A stretch of 64,000 bases of DNA from contig CBINGZ010000001.1 of the NCBI GenBank assembly GCA_966250335.1, positions 129,010 to 193,009 of the forward strand, read 5' to 3'. Made by a program: the position numbers and the translations under genes. The notes under the pieces are model-generated. The model made no database searches, was not told where the DNA came from, and worked only from the letters and a program-made list of their open reading frames with translations. This document shows, piece by piece, positions 42,272-51,159 of this stretch. Numbering within the stretch: the stretch's first letter is position 1; the number at the start of each line of letters is the position of its first letter. The stretch is from an uncultured bacterium (GTDB lineage: Bacteria > Bacteroidota > Ignavibacteria > OLB7).

Positions 42272-45200
42272 CTACTGCGCCGCCGCGTACCAGAGACCTG
42301 TCGATGCACGATAGACCAGCGGGAGGCTTCTCCCCGCGTTCACCGTCACCGACGACCCGCCGAGCGACCCGCCGGAGACCGTGATACCGGCGCCCGACGT
42401 GTTCACGATCCACATCTGCTGTCCGTTTCTGACGCCGCCCGCGTTGAGGGCCACGTTCCCCCCCGCCAGGATCATCGCTTCCGATACGGTTCCGATATTT
42501 CCCGACGCGACGACCCGCTCCGAGCTCGGGGCGAGCGTCGCCGGATCGATCCAGCCGAGCTGCGCCGTCATGTTCGGCGACGCGCCGCTTGTGGAGACGA
42601 TGCCGAGCACCCGGTTGGCCGGGGAGGCGCTGAGGGTTTCAGGAAGCGTATAGGTGATGTTGTCGATCGTCTGCGATGCCGAGGCCGCAAAGCCGGAATA
42701 CCGCTGCGTCGCGGCCGTCCCGCCGACGAACTGAAGCTGCGACGGCGCGCCCCCTGCCGTGGCGCCGCTCAGCATCAGGCGCACCTTGCCGATCGCGTTG
42801 ATCGCATAGTCGCCCGAGGCCGTCCCCGGAGTGTAGGCGAACACGCCCGAGTTCACCCCCTGAACCTGCGGGATCAGACCGAGCACCTGCAGCGTCGACG
42901 CGTTCGCCGCCGCCACGATACCGATGTTCGAGAAGAGCGAGCCGGTCCCCTGACCGAACATGCCGACGTTCGGCAGGAAGTTCGTGCTCTGCGCCTGACC
43001 CAGCGTGCCGATCGCCGTCACCGAGGCATTGGTCGAGGGGATGATCGCCGCTCCGGCCGCGCCGGTGATCGACGCCGTCTGGCTGGGAGCAGTGAAGCCC
43101 GAGACCGACACGCCGTTGACGCCGATACCGGAAGCGAAGCCCGCCGTGGGGTTGGAACTGGAGATCGTGGTGCCGGAGACACCGGCGATCTGTCGCGTCC
43201 CTCCCGTGACCGACGTTACCACGTCGAGGCCGTAGGAAGGTGTCCCCGCCGTCGTCGCGTTGGTGGCGACATTGACACGACCGAAGTTGGAGGTCGTGGT
43301 GCCGATCATCACGACGCCGTCCTTATCGATCCGAGCGCGCTCCGCTCCGGAGGTGCCGAGCACCAGCGGCTGCGTGTTGCCTGCCGAGGTCCCCAGGAAC
43401 TGCTCTCCTGCCCCGGTGCCTCCCGTTCCGATATTATTACCTCCCAGCCCCCATGCGAACGTGCTGGCGTCGATCCAGTCGAGCTGCGCCGTCATGTTCG
43501 GCGACGTACCGGACGAGGAGGAGACTCCGAGGAGTTTTCCGGCCGGAGCCGCGCCGATCGAGGCCGGAAGCGTATAGCTGATGTTATCGCTCTGCGATGT
43601 GGACGCCGCGAAGCCGGAATACCGCTGCGCCGCGGCCGTCCCGCCGACGAACTGAAGCTGCGACGGCGCGCCCCCTGCCGTGGCGCCGCTCAGCATCAGG
43701 CGCATCTTGCCGATCGCGTTGATCGAGTAGTCCCCCGCCGCCGTCCCCGGAGTGTAGGCGAAGACGCCCGTATTGACACCCTGAACCTGCGGGATCAGTC
43801 CCATCACCTGAAGCGTCGACGCGTTCGCCGCCGCAACCATACCGATGTTGGAGAAGAACGAGCCGCTTCCCTGGCCGAACATGCCGACGTTCGGCAGGAA
43901 GTTCGCGTTCTGCGCCTGCCCCAGGGTGCCGATCGCCGTCACCGAGGCATTGGTCGAGGGAACGATCGCCATGCCGACGACGCCGGAGATCGAGGCGGTC
44001 TGGTTTGGAGCGGCGAAGTCGGAGTAGGTCTGGCCTATGACACCGATGCCGGAGGAGACTCCCGCCGTCGGGTTCGAGCTCGTAAAGACGGTCCCCATGA
44101 TACCGCTCACCTGCCGCGTGCCGCCGGCGGCGGTCGTCAGCACATCGATACCGGTTCCCGGGGCGCCCGTTGCGCTCGCGTTGGTGACCACGTTCAGGCG
44201 GCCGTAGTTCGCGGTGGTGCTGCCGAGCATCATGACCCCATCCTTGTCGATGCGCGCGCGCTCCGTCCCGGAGGTGCCGAGCACCAGCGGCTGCGTGTTG
44301 CCTGCCGAGGTCCCCAGGAACTGCTCTCCTGCCCCGGTGCCTCCCGTTCCGATATTATTACCTCCCAGCCCCCATGCGAACGTGCTGGCGTCGATCCAGT
44401 CGAGCTGCGCCGTCATGTTCGGCGACGTGCCGGATGAGGAGGAAACTCCAAGGAGCTTTCCGGCAGGAGCCGCACCGATCGAGGCCGGGAGGGTGTAGCT
44501 GATGTTATCGCTCTGCGATGCGGATGCCGCGAAGCCGGAATACCGCTGCGCCGCCGACGTCCCGCCGACGAACTGAAGCTGCGACGGAGCGCCGCTTGCC
44601 GTTGCGCCGCTCAGCATCAGACGCATCTTCCCGACCGCGTTGATCGAGTAATCGCCCGCCGCCGTCCCCGGGGTGTAGGCGAACACGCCCGAGTTCACCC
44701 CCTGGACCTGCGGGATCAGACCAAGAATCTGGAGCGTGGAAGCGTTCCCCGCTCCGACCACGCCGATGTTCGAGAAGAGGGAGCCGGCGCTCTGGCCGAG
44801 GGCGCCGACGTTCGGCAGGAAGTTCGTGCTCTGCGCCTGCCCCAGGGTGCCGATGGCGGTTACCGAGGCATTGGTCGAAGGGATGATCGCCGCTCCGGCC
44901 GAGCCGGTGATCGACGCCGTCTGGCTGGGAGCGGTGAAGCCGGAGTAGGAGAAGCCCATGACGCCGATACCGGAGGCAAGGCCGGCCGCGGGGCTGGAAC
45001 TGGAGAAGGTGGTGCCGGAGATGCCGGCGATCTGCCGCGTTCCTCCCGTCACCGACGCCACCGCATCAATGGCGTACGGAGGAGTCCCCGCCGTCGTCGC
45101 ATTGGTGGCGACGTTGACCCGACCGACGGTGGAGGTCGTGGTGCCGACCATCACGACGCCGTCCTTGTCGACACGGGCGCGCTCGGCGCCGGAAGTAGCG

Positions 45201-46369
45201 ATGACGAGAGGCTGCGTGTTCCCGGCCGAGGTGCCGAGGAACTGCTGCCCGGCGCCGGTACCTCCGGTCGTGATATTGTTACCCCCCAGTCCCCACGAGT
45301 TGTCGCTGGAGGGAATCCACTGCGAGCCGTTCCAGCGGAGCGCCTGTCCCGCCTGGGCCCCCATGCCGCTCAGTTTGTCGCCGGTCACGGCGCCGTTCTC
45401 GATCGATCGGTTCTGGACCACGCCGTCGCCGAGCTCCTGGGCGCCGATGCTCCGATCCAGAATCCTGGGACCGTCGACGGCGTCGGCCGCGATCTGGCTC
45501 GATCCGACGGCCGAGAAGGCGATCTTGTCGCGCGTGACGGCCCCTCCGGCGATCTTCGCCGTGCTCACCGACCCGTCGGCGATCATCGTGGAGATGATCC
45601 CGCCGCTCGCCACTTCGAGCCGTGCGTCGCCGGAGGTCGCTCCCCCGGTGAGGCCGGGCCCGGCCGTGACGCTCGTAATATCTCCCGACGATGTGATCGA
45701 CTGCCACGAGGCGGTCGTGCCGTTGGAGGTGAGCACCTGTCCGGCGCCGGAACCGGTCGCGCCGATCTTGGCGACCGTCACCGAGCCGTCGGCGATCTTC
45801 GCCGATGTGATCGCCCCATCGGCGATCTTCGCGCCGTTGACCGCGTTGTTCATCAGGTCGGCGGTGGAGACCGCGCCGTCGGCGATCTTGGCGCTGGTGA
45901 TCGCGTTGTCGGCCACATCCTCCGCCATTTCCGCCACATCCGAACGAAGGCTGTAGGGGGCCGAGGTGAGCTCGGTGCGTGGAAGCTCCGACCCGGCGTC
46001 GATCGTGACGCCCAGATAGTACGGCTTGTCGAACGTCAGGGCGCCGAACGGCGTGGCGCTCCCGAGGTTCACGTTGAAGAGCCCGCGGGTGACCTGCACG
46101 CTCTGCGTCTCGCTCCAGACGGGGGCGCCGCCGGTTGCCGCATCGTAGAGGCGAAGGACCATGGAGTAGGTGCCGTCGTTGACCGGCACGACCCCGTCGG
46201 GACCGGTCACGACCCCCTGGTAGCTGATGAGTTCCGGAACCTGACCGGCGGCGCCGGCTCCCCCGGCCATCATTCCAACAAGAACGCAGAGCCCTGCAAG
46301 CGAACGGGAGCGCGCAGCCGTACGGTTCGGCGCGAGCGGTCCCTTCACGATACGATGTATCATGTTCAT
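42272..46369 (-). CDS. Large (1365 aa) secreted Gly/Ser/Thr/Ala-rich repetitive surface protein with three near-identical ~305-aa internal repeats
   Basis: Signal peptide; N-terminal module PELISYQGVVT...WSETQSVQVTRGLFNVNLG; repeated AxxSAKIADGAV units; three copies of WGLGGNNIxTGGTGAGxQFLGTSAGNTQPLV...; overlapping +-strand ORF 42098..44437 is Arg-rich shadow. Confidence 0.6.
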   Translation of the reverse strand: MNMIHRIVKGPLAPNRTAARSRSLAGLCVLVGMMAGGAGAAGQVPELISYQGVVTGPDGVVPVNDGTYSMVLRLYDAATGGAPVWSETQSVQVTRGLFNVNLGSATPFGALTFDKPYYLGVTIDAGSELPRTELTSAPYSLRSDVAEMAEDVADNAITSAKIADGAVSTADLMNNAVNGAKIADGAITSAKIADGSVTVAKIGATGSGAGQVLTSNGTTASWQSITSSGDITSVTAGPGLTGGATSGDARLEVASGGIISTMIADGSVSTAKIAGGAVTRDKIAFSAVGSSQIAADAVDGPRILDRSIGAQELGDGVVQNRSIENGAVTGDKLSGMGAQAGQALRWNGSQWIPSSDNSWGLGGNNITTGGTGAGQQFLGTSAGNTQPLVIATSGAERARVDKDGVVMVGTTTSTVGRVNVATNATTAGTPPYAIDAVASVTGGTRQIAGISGTTFSSSSPAAGLASGIGVMGFSYSGFTAPSQTASITGSAGAAIIPSTNASVTAIGTLGQAQSTNFLPNVGALGQSAGSLFSNIGVVGAGNASTLQILGLIPQVQGVNSGVFAYTPGTAAGDYSINAVGKMRLMLSGATASGAPSQLQFVGGTSAAQRYSGFAASASQSDNISYTLPASIGAAPAGKLLGVSSSSGTSPNMTAQLDWIDASTFAWGLGGNNIGTGGTGAGEQFLGTSAGNTQPLVLGTSGTERARIDKDGVMMLGSTTANYGRLNVVTNASATGAPGTGIDVLTTAAGGTRQVSGIMGTVFTSSNPTAGVSSGIGVIGQTYSDFAAPNQTASISGVVGMAIVPSTNASVTAIGTLGQAQNANFLPNVGMFGQGSGSFFSNIGMVAAANASTLQVMGLIPQVQGVNTGVFAYTPGTAAGDYSINAIGKMRLMLSGATAGGAPSQLQFVGGTAAAQRYSGFAASTSQSDNISYTLPASIGAAPAGKLLGVSSSSGTSPNMTAQLDWIDASTFAWGLGGNNIGTGGTGAGEQFLGTSAGNTQPLVLGTSGAERARIDKDGVVMIGTTTSNFGRVNVATNATTAGTPSYGLDVVTSVTGGTRQIAGVSGTTISSSNPTAGFASGIGVNGVSVSGFTAPSQTASITGAAGAAIIPSTNASVTAIGTLGQAQSTNFLPNVGMFGQGTGSLFSNIGIVAAANASTLQVLGLIPQVQGVNSGVFAYTPGTASGDYAINAIGKVRLMLSGATAGGAPSQLQFVGGTAATQRYSGFAASASQTIDNITYTLPETLSASPANRVLGIVSTSGASPNMTAQLGWIDPATLAPSSERVVASGNIGTVSEAMILAGGNVALNAGGVRNGQQMWIVNTSGAGITVSGGSLGGSSVTVNAGRSLPLVYRASTGLWYAAAQ
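42550..45300. repeat. Three tandem DNA repeats, period ~920 bp, >90% identical, internal to the giant gene
   Basis: Near-identical motifs are seen at 42547–42590 and 44389–44440 (first at 43469–43510 not re-checked); the long gcc..ccgcgaagccggaataccgctgcg..ctgcgacgg block recurs at 42680/43600/44515. Confidence 0.7.
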
Positions 46370-46434
46370 GATGATTCCTGTGAGATTATTATGAAGAAGC
46401 TGTAGTCTGCTGTGCTGGTAGTTCCCTCTTCGAC

Positions 46435-47001
46435 CTAGCGGAGGAGCTGCAGGAGCAGTGTCCGCGTTATCGGACGTCCTCCAACCGGGCGGATCTCCAC
46501 GCGGCAGAGATATTCACCGGCGGCCGCCCGATTTCCCCCCGCGTCTCGACCGTCCCATTCGGCGCCGTGGCGCCCCTTCTCCACACGTCCCGCCTCGAGC
46601 GTCCTAAGCTCACGTCCGAGCATATCGTAGACCGCTATTCGTACGTCGGAGGGGGCCGTCGCCGTGTAGCCGATCGTCGTGCTGATGCTGAAGGGGTTCG
46701 GATGACCGGCGACCGCCGAGCCCTCCGTACGCTCCCCGGCGACTCCGGAGACGGGGGAGACCGGCAGCCAGAATCCCTGCATCGCACCGATCGCACCCCC
46801 CGATGCCGGGCCGATGATCGCCTGGCCGACGGTGGAGGAGACCTTATGCGTACCGTCGCCGACGCCTGTCGATCCGCCGCTCCCGACGACCTGACGGGTT
46901 ATCCGCATCTGGCCCCGCGCCTCCGTCGCTGCAAGCGCGACGATCAGAACCGCCGCCGCGACGGCGATCATGATCCGGCCGACTCTATCGAGTGTTTCCA
47001 T
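46435..47001 (-). CDS. Small T9SS-secreted protein (signal peptide + C-terminal sorting domain only)
   Basis: METLDRVGRIMIAVAAAVLIVALAATEARGQ signal; HPNPFSISTTIGYTA...EYLCRVEI CTD. Confidence 0.55.
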   Translation of the reverse strand: METLDRVGRIMIAVAAAVLIVALAATEARGQMRITRQVVGSGGSTGVGDGTHKVSSTVGQAIIGPASGGAIGAMQGFWLPVSPVSGVAGERTEGSAVAGHPNPFSISTTIGYTATAPSDVRIAVYDMLGRELRTLEAGRVEKGRHGAEWDGRDAGGNRAAAGEYLCRVEIRPVGGRPITRTLLLQLLR

Positions 47002-47143
47002 CTCTGGAAGTCCTGATGTTGGAATGTTGGCGTTGAGGCGGCGTGCCCGGCATTGGAAGAGCGGCGCCTGCTCAACCAATGCCGTGACAACGGACCGCCG
47101 TTGTTCTGTGCTGCAAAACTACGGCGTCCAGTAGGGGGCTGTC

Positions 47144-47275
47144 ACCAGGACAAAACCCGGACAGGAATGGCCGGCATATCACGCCGGCAGCGCTTCCCGC
47201 CACTATCAACCGGGGAGCAGCCGGATGCAACCGACAGCCACCCGGACAAAACCCGGACAAAACCCGGACAATCAG
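47144..47275. promoter_or_regulatory. Direct-repeat array: CCCGGACAAAA x3 in tandem (11-bp period, 47243-47275) plus a fourth copy GGACAAAACCCGGACA at 47148-47163; candidate operator upstream of the small T9SS cargo gene and just downstream of the TPR-LuxR regulator
   Basis: Seen directly. Confidence 0.45.
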
Positions 47276-47313
47276 GGGGGAGGAGGGGGTGAACGATACA
47301 AAACGGGGATCGG

Positions 47314-49104
47314 TCACCGCATCGCGATGAGAAACGCTCCAAGATTTTCGTCCTGCGCCAGATCGAGCTTCTTCCGTATCCGCTGACGATATTTCTCGAT
47401 GCTCCTGGGATCGGTGTTCAGAATCTGCGCGATCTCCTTCGTCGACACATTGATCTTGATCAGCGCGCAGACCTTCAGCTCCGTCGGCGTCAGCTTCGGG
47501 TATCGCTCCGCCAGCACCTCCAGGTATCCCGCATGCACCTGATGAAACTGCTTCTCGAACGTCGACCAGTGCTGCTCCGATTCCACCGTCTCGTCGATAT
47601 CCGACATCACCTGCTCCAGACTCCCCTTCACCTCCGGCGGGATCGTATCGCGACAGATCTCCTCCACCCGTCGCCGCAGCTTCCGCAGAAACTCGTTCTT
47701 CTGTGTCAGGTACATTGCCGTCGACGTCAGCTCCTTCTTCCGAAACTCCGCTTCCTGTTCCAGCCGCTCGTTGTTGAGGCGAAGGATCTTCGCTTCCTTC
47801 TCCATCTGCTCCACCTCGTAGGCGATCGTCATGTTCCGCAGGCGCCGGTCGGTCTCCTCGCTGTAGATCTCCCGGTCGAGCCGGATATACTCGTCGTAGT
47901 GTTCAATCGCTCCGCGATAGTCTCCCCGCTGCTTCAGCACCACGGCAAGCTCATGGTGGATGTCGCGAACGTCGAGGCGCGCCCCCGTCTCCCGTGCCAG
48001 GTCGAGCGCCTTCTCGAACGTCTCGACCGCCTCTCTGTACTCTCCCGTCGCTCCCAGGGTCGCGGCAATCGTGGTGAGGGAGGCGACGAGCGACGGTCTG
48101 CTGCCGAGCCGTTCGGAGATCTCGGCGCTTCGTCGGCAGCAGCGCAGCGCCTCGTCGTGCTCTCCCAGACCGAGGTGGATACGTCCTATGCCGTTCAGTC
48201 CGCTGGCGCTTCCGGCCATGTCCCCCATCTCCTCATGCAGCGCGACCCCCTGTCGGAAGTAGTCGAGGGCGATCAGCGGCTCGTTCCGGGCGACATAGGT
48301 GTTGCCGAGGTTCATGAGCGCCTTGGAGACGCTCCGTCCCACTCCGACACGTCTTCCCATCTCCAGGCTCCGCTCCAGCACGGCGAGCGCACGGTCGTAG
48401 TCGTGGATATGCTGATAGAGGATGCCGAGATTGTTGAGACATGCCACCACCTCCGCCTCCTCTTCCATCTCCTCGCGCAGGGCAAGGCTTCGCTGCAGGT
48501 ACCCGAGAGCGTGGTCGTAGATGCCGAGTTCCATCAGGACGATGGCAATGGCGTTGAGCTCGCGGGCGATTCCCCGGCGGGCGCCCAGCTCCTCGCAGAT
48601 CGCGAGAGCCTCCCGCAGATGGCGGAGCGCGGCCGCGTGGTCCCCCATCTCGCTGTGGATGATGCCGATCTTGGAAAGCGCTCCCGCCATTCCGTGCCGA
48701 CTTTCGCCGGCGCGCCAGTATTCCAGGCTCCGCCGGCCATAGTCGAGCGCCCCCCGATAGTCCCCCGCCCCCCAGAGCGCGCTGCAGAGATGGAAACAGA
48801 CGTGCGCCTCTCCCTCCCGGTCATCTATATCGCGATACAGCTCCAGCGCCCGCTCGGCGGTTTCCGTGGAGTAGCCCACCCCCCGGAAGAGGCGCGCAAT
48901 CGCCATGACCGTGTGGACGCGGGCGAGCAGCCCCCTCTCACGACGCTCCGACGGAATCTCGGCATATCGATGCAGGTGCGCGTCGAGCGAGTCACCCTCA
49001 ATAGGTCCTATCGCGGCAAGATATCGGAGCAGGAGATCGATCCGTTCCCGGTCGTCGGTCGTCTCGATCAGCTGTTCGCCCAGTTCCGGAATCGTCTGTT
49101 GCAT
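47314..49104 (-). CDS. TPR-repeat transcriptional regulator with C-terminal LuxR-type HTH
   Basis: Multiple TPR-like helices (AxxLxNLGxxY patterns); coiled-coil; C-terminal LTPTELKVCALIKINVSTKEIAQILNTDPRSIEKYRQRIRKKL. Confidence 0.8.
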   Translation of the reverse strand: MQQTIPELGEQLIETTDDRERIDLLLRYLAAIGPIEGDSLDAHLHRYAEIPSERRERGLLARVHTVMAIARLFRGVGYSTETAERALELYRDIDDREGEAHVCFHLCSALWGAGDYRGALDYGRRSLEYWRAGESRHGMAGALSKIGIIHSEMGDHAAALRHLREALAICEELGARRGIARELNAIAIVLMELGIYDHALGYLQRSLALREEMEEEAEVVACLNNLGILYQHIHDYDRALAVLERSLEMGRRVGVGRSVSKALMNLGNTYVARNEPLIALDYFRQGVALHEEMGDMAGSASGLNGIGRIHLGLGEHDEALRCCRRSAEISERLGSRPSLVASLTTIAATLGATGEYREAVETFEKALDLARETGARLDVRDIHHELAVVLKQRGDYRGAIEHYDEYIRLDREIYSEETDRRLRNMTIAYEVEQMEKEAKILRLNNERLEQEAEFRKKELTSTAMYLTQKNEFLRKLRRRVEEICRDTIPPEVKGSLEQVMSDIDETVESEQHWSTFEKQFHQVHAGYLEVLAERYPKLTPTELKVCALIKINVSTKEIAQILNTDPRSIEKYRQRIRKKLDLAQDENLGAFLIAMR

Positions 49105-49141
49105 CTGTGCGGCAGGTTCAGAAAAGGAGAGGGGAAAGAAG

Positions 49142-50959
49142 TCAGGCGTTCTCGACCGGGGCTTCCCTCTGCCGCCCCAGCGCCGTCAGGAAGGCTCCCA
49201 GGTTCTCATCCTGCGCCAGTTCGAGCTTCTTCCGTATCCGTTGACGATATTTCTCGACGCTTCTCGGCTCGGTGTTCAGGATCTGCGCGATCTCCTTCGT
49301 CGACACGTTGATCTTGATCAGCGCGCAGACCTTCAGCTCCGTCGGCGTCAGCTTCGGGTATCGCTCCGCCAGTATCTCAAGGTATCCGGCATGCACCTGA
49401 TGGAACTGCTTCTCGAACGTCGACCAGTGCTGTTCCGACGCCACCGCCTCGTCGATATCCTCCATGATCGAACGCAGATGCTCCGTCACTTCCGGCAGCA
49501 TCGCATCCCGACCTATCTCCTCCACGCGCCGCCGCAGCTTCCGCAGAAACTCGTTCTTCTGCGTCAGGTAGATCGCCGTCGACGTCAGCTCCTTCTTCCG
49601 AAACTCCGCCTCCTGCTCCAGTCGCTCGTTGTTGAGGCGAAGGATCTTCGCCTCCTTCTCCATCTGCTCCACCTCATAGGCGATCGTCATGTTCCGCAGG
49701 CGCCGGTTCGTCTCCTCGCTGTAGATCTCCCGATCGAGCCGGATATATTCCTCGCAATGTTCAATCGCTCCACGATAATCTCCCCGCCGCTTCAGCACCT
49801 CGGCAAGCTCGAAATGTATCTGGCGCATATCGGACTTGACACCCATTTCCCCGACGATGGCGAGCGCGCGGTTGAGCGTTTCGACGGCGGCGGCGAAATC
49901 ACCCCGAAGTCCCTGGATATTACCGAGCCGATGCAGAGCGGCCGCAATGCCGGGGCGCAACCCGATCTCCTCGCGTATCTCGGCGCTCCGCGTCGCATAC
50001 CGGAGAGCTTCATCGTACTCTTCCAGCTCGCAGCAGATCCAGGCGATACCGTTCAGCGACGAAGCCATTCCGACCCGATCCTCCAGCTCCTCCTTGATCG
50101 CCAGAGACTCCTTGTAGCATGCCAGCGCGGCGGCGCGGTCGCCGAGCCCCATATAATGGACCGCGAGATTCTGCAGCGCCTTGGCCTCGCTCCGTCGCAT
50201 GCCGATCTGCCTGCTCATCTCCAGCGCGCGCGTCACCACGCTGCAGCCGCGCTCGAAATCGGAGATTTTGTGATAGAGGAGACCGATGTTGAGAAGCGAC
50301 GAGATCATATCCTGCTCGTCACCGTTCTCCTCCCTGAGGGAAAGGCTCCGCTGATGGTATTCGAGAGCGCGATCGAAGATGCCGAAGTTGGTGAAAACAA
50401 GACCGAGAGAACTGAGTTCCCGAGCGACCATCCGCGGGTTGCCGGAGGTCTCTCCCAGGGCAAGCGCCTCGCGGAGCATACGGAGCGCGACGGCGTAGTC
50501 CCCCTGATCGTGATGGATCATCGCCATCTTGTTCAGCACCCCCGTCACACCGGCGATGTTTCCCTCGGCCCGCCACAGTTCCATGCAGCGGGGAAGGTAC
50601 TCCAGCGCCTCCGCTAAGCGCCCCTGACCCCAGTAGACGCTGGCGAGATGATAGAGCGCATGCGCCTCTCCATCCCTCTCTCCAAGCTCCCTGTAGAGGG
50701 CGACCGACCTGTTGCCGATCTCCACTCTGCTGCGGCCGTCGCCGCTGAAGATGCTGCTCAGGAGAATGATGTTGAGGGCGCGGGCGAGCGCGCCGCGCCG
50801 CAGCTCGTCGGGAGGAAGATCGAGAACGGTCTGGACGTGTCGGTCGATCGGCCTCCCCTGAGCGAGCAGCGGGGCATGTCGGAGCAGCGTATCGATCCGT
50901 TCGTCGTCCGATTCGATCCCCCCCAGCAGAAATCCCAGCTCGATGGTAGTAAGGGTCAT
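49142..50959 (-). CDS. TPR-repeat / LuxR-HTH regulator, tandem paralog of the preceding gene
   Basis: Same architecture; C-terminal ~200 aa nearly identical to 47314..49104 product. Confidence 0.8.
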   Translation of the reverse strand: MTLTTIELGFLLGGIESDDERIDTLLRHAPLLAQGRPIDRHVQTVLDLPPDELRRGALARALNIILLSSIFSGDGRSRVEIGNRSVALYRELGERDGEAHALYHLASVYWGQGRLAEALEYLPRCMELWRAEGNIAGVTGVLNKMAMIHHDQGDYAVALRMLREALALGETSGNPRMVARELSSLGLVFTNFGIFDRALEYHQRSLSLREENGDEQDMISSLLNIGLLYHKISDFERGCSVVTRALEMSRQIGMRRSEAKALQNLAVHYMGLGDRAAALACYKESLAIKEELEDRVGMASSLNGIAWICCELEEYDEALRYATRSAEIREEIGLRPGIAAALHRLGNIQGLRGDFAAAVETLNRALAIVGEMGVKSDMRQIHFELAEVLKRRGDYRGAIEHCEEYIRLDREIYSEETNRRLRNMTIAYEVEQMEKEAKILRLNNERLEQEAEFRKKELTSTAIYLTQKNEFLRKLRRRVEEIGRDAMLPEVTEHLRSIMEDIDEAVASEQHWSTFEKQFHQVHAGYLEILAERYPKLTPTELKVCALIKINVSTKEIAQILNTEPRSVEKYRQRIRKKLELAQDENLGAFLTALGRQREAPVENA

Positions 50960-51159
50960 GAGTCTGTTCCGCCAAACGCAACGGCAGGACGTGAAGCCAC
51001 GCCCTGCCGCAATATCGCAGACCGAACCGTCGACCGAACCGAACTCGATCGCATGTGCCTGGCTTCGCCGTCGCGGGTAAACCTACGAAAGCGACGCCGA
51101 TGGGGGAAGCATCATCGCGTAACCGCGGTTCTCCGTGCCGCGGGTTCCGCGGCGGGCTC

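Noticed and set aside
42098-44437. 779-aa plus-strand ORF overlapping the giant repeat gene
   Set aside because: Extremely Arg-rich repetitive translation (RRRAPCRGAAQ…) that mirrors the repeats of the real minus-strand gene. It has no start context.
47533-50617. Plus-strand 592- and 570-aa ORFs across the TPR-LuxR genes; 51517..53295 opposite the VWA gene; 54822..55766 opposite the M28 gene; 61964..63466 opposite the TolB/OmpA gene
   Set aside because: Antisense shadows with low-complexity Arg/His/Leu-rich products.
47314-50959. Possible IS or mobile element suggested by the duplicated ~600-bp block
   Set aside because: The duplication is the 3′ halves of two intact regulator genes. There is no transposase, no terminal inverted repeats and no target-site duplication.
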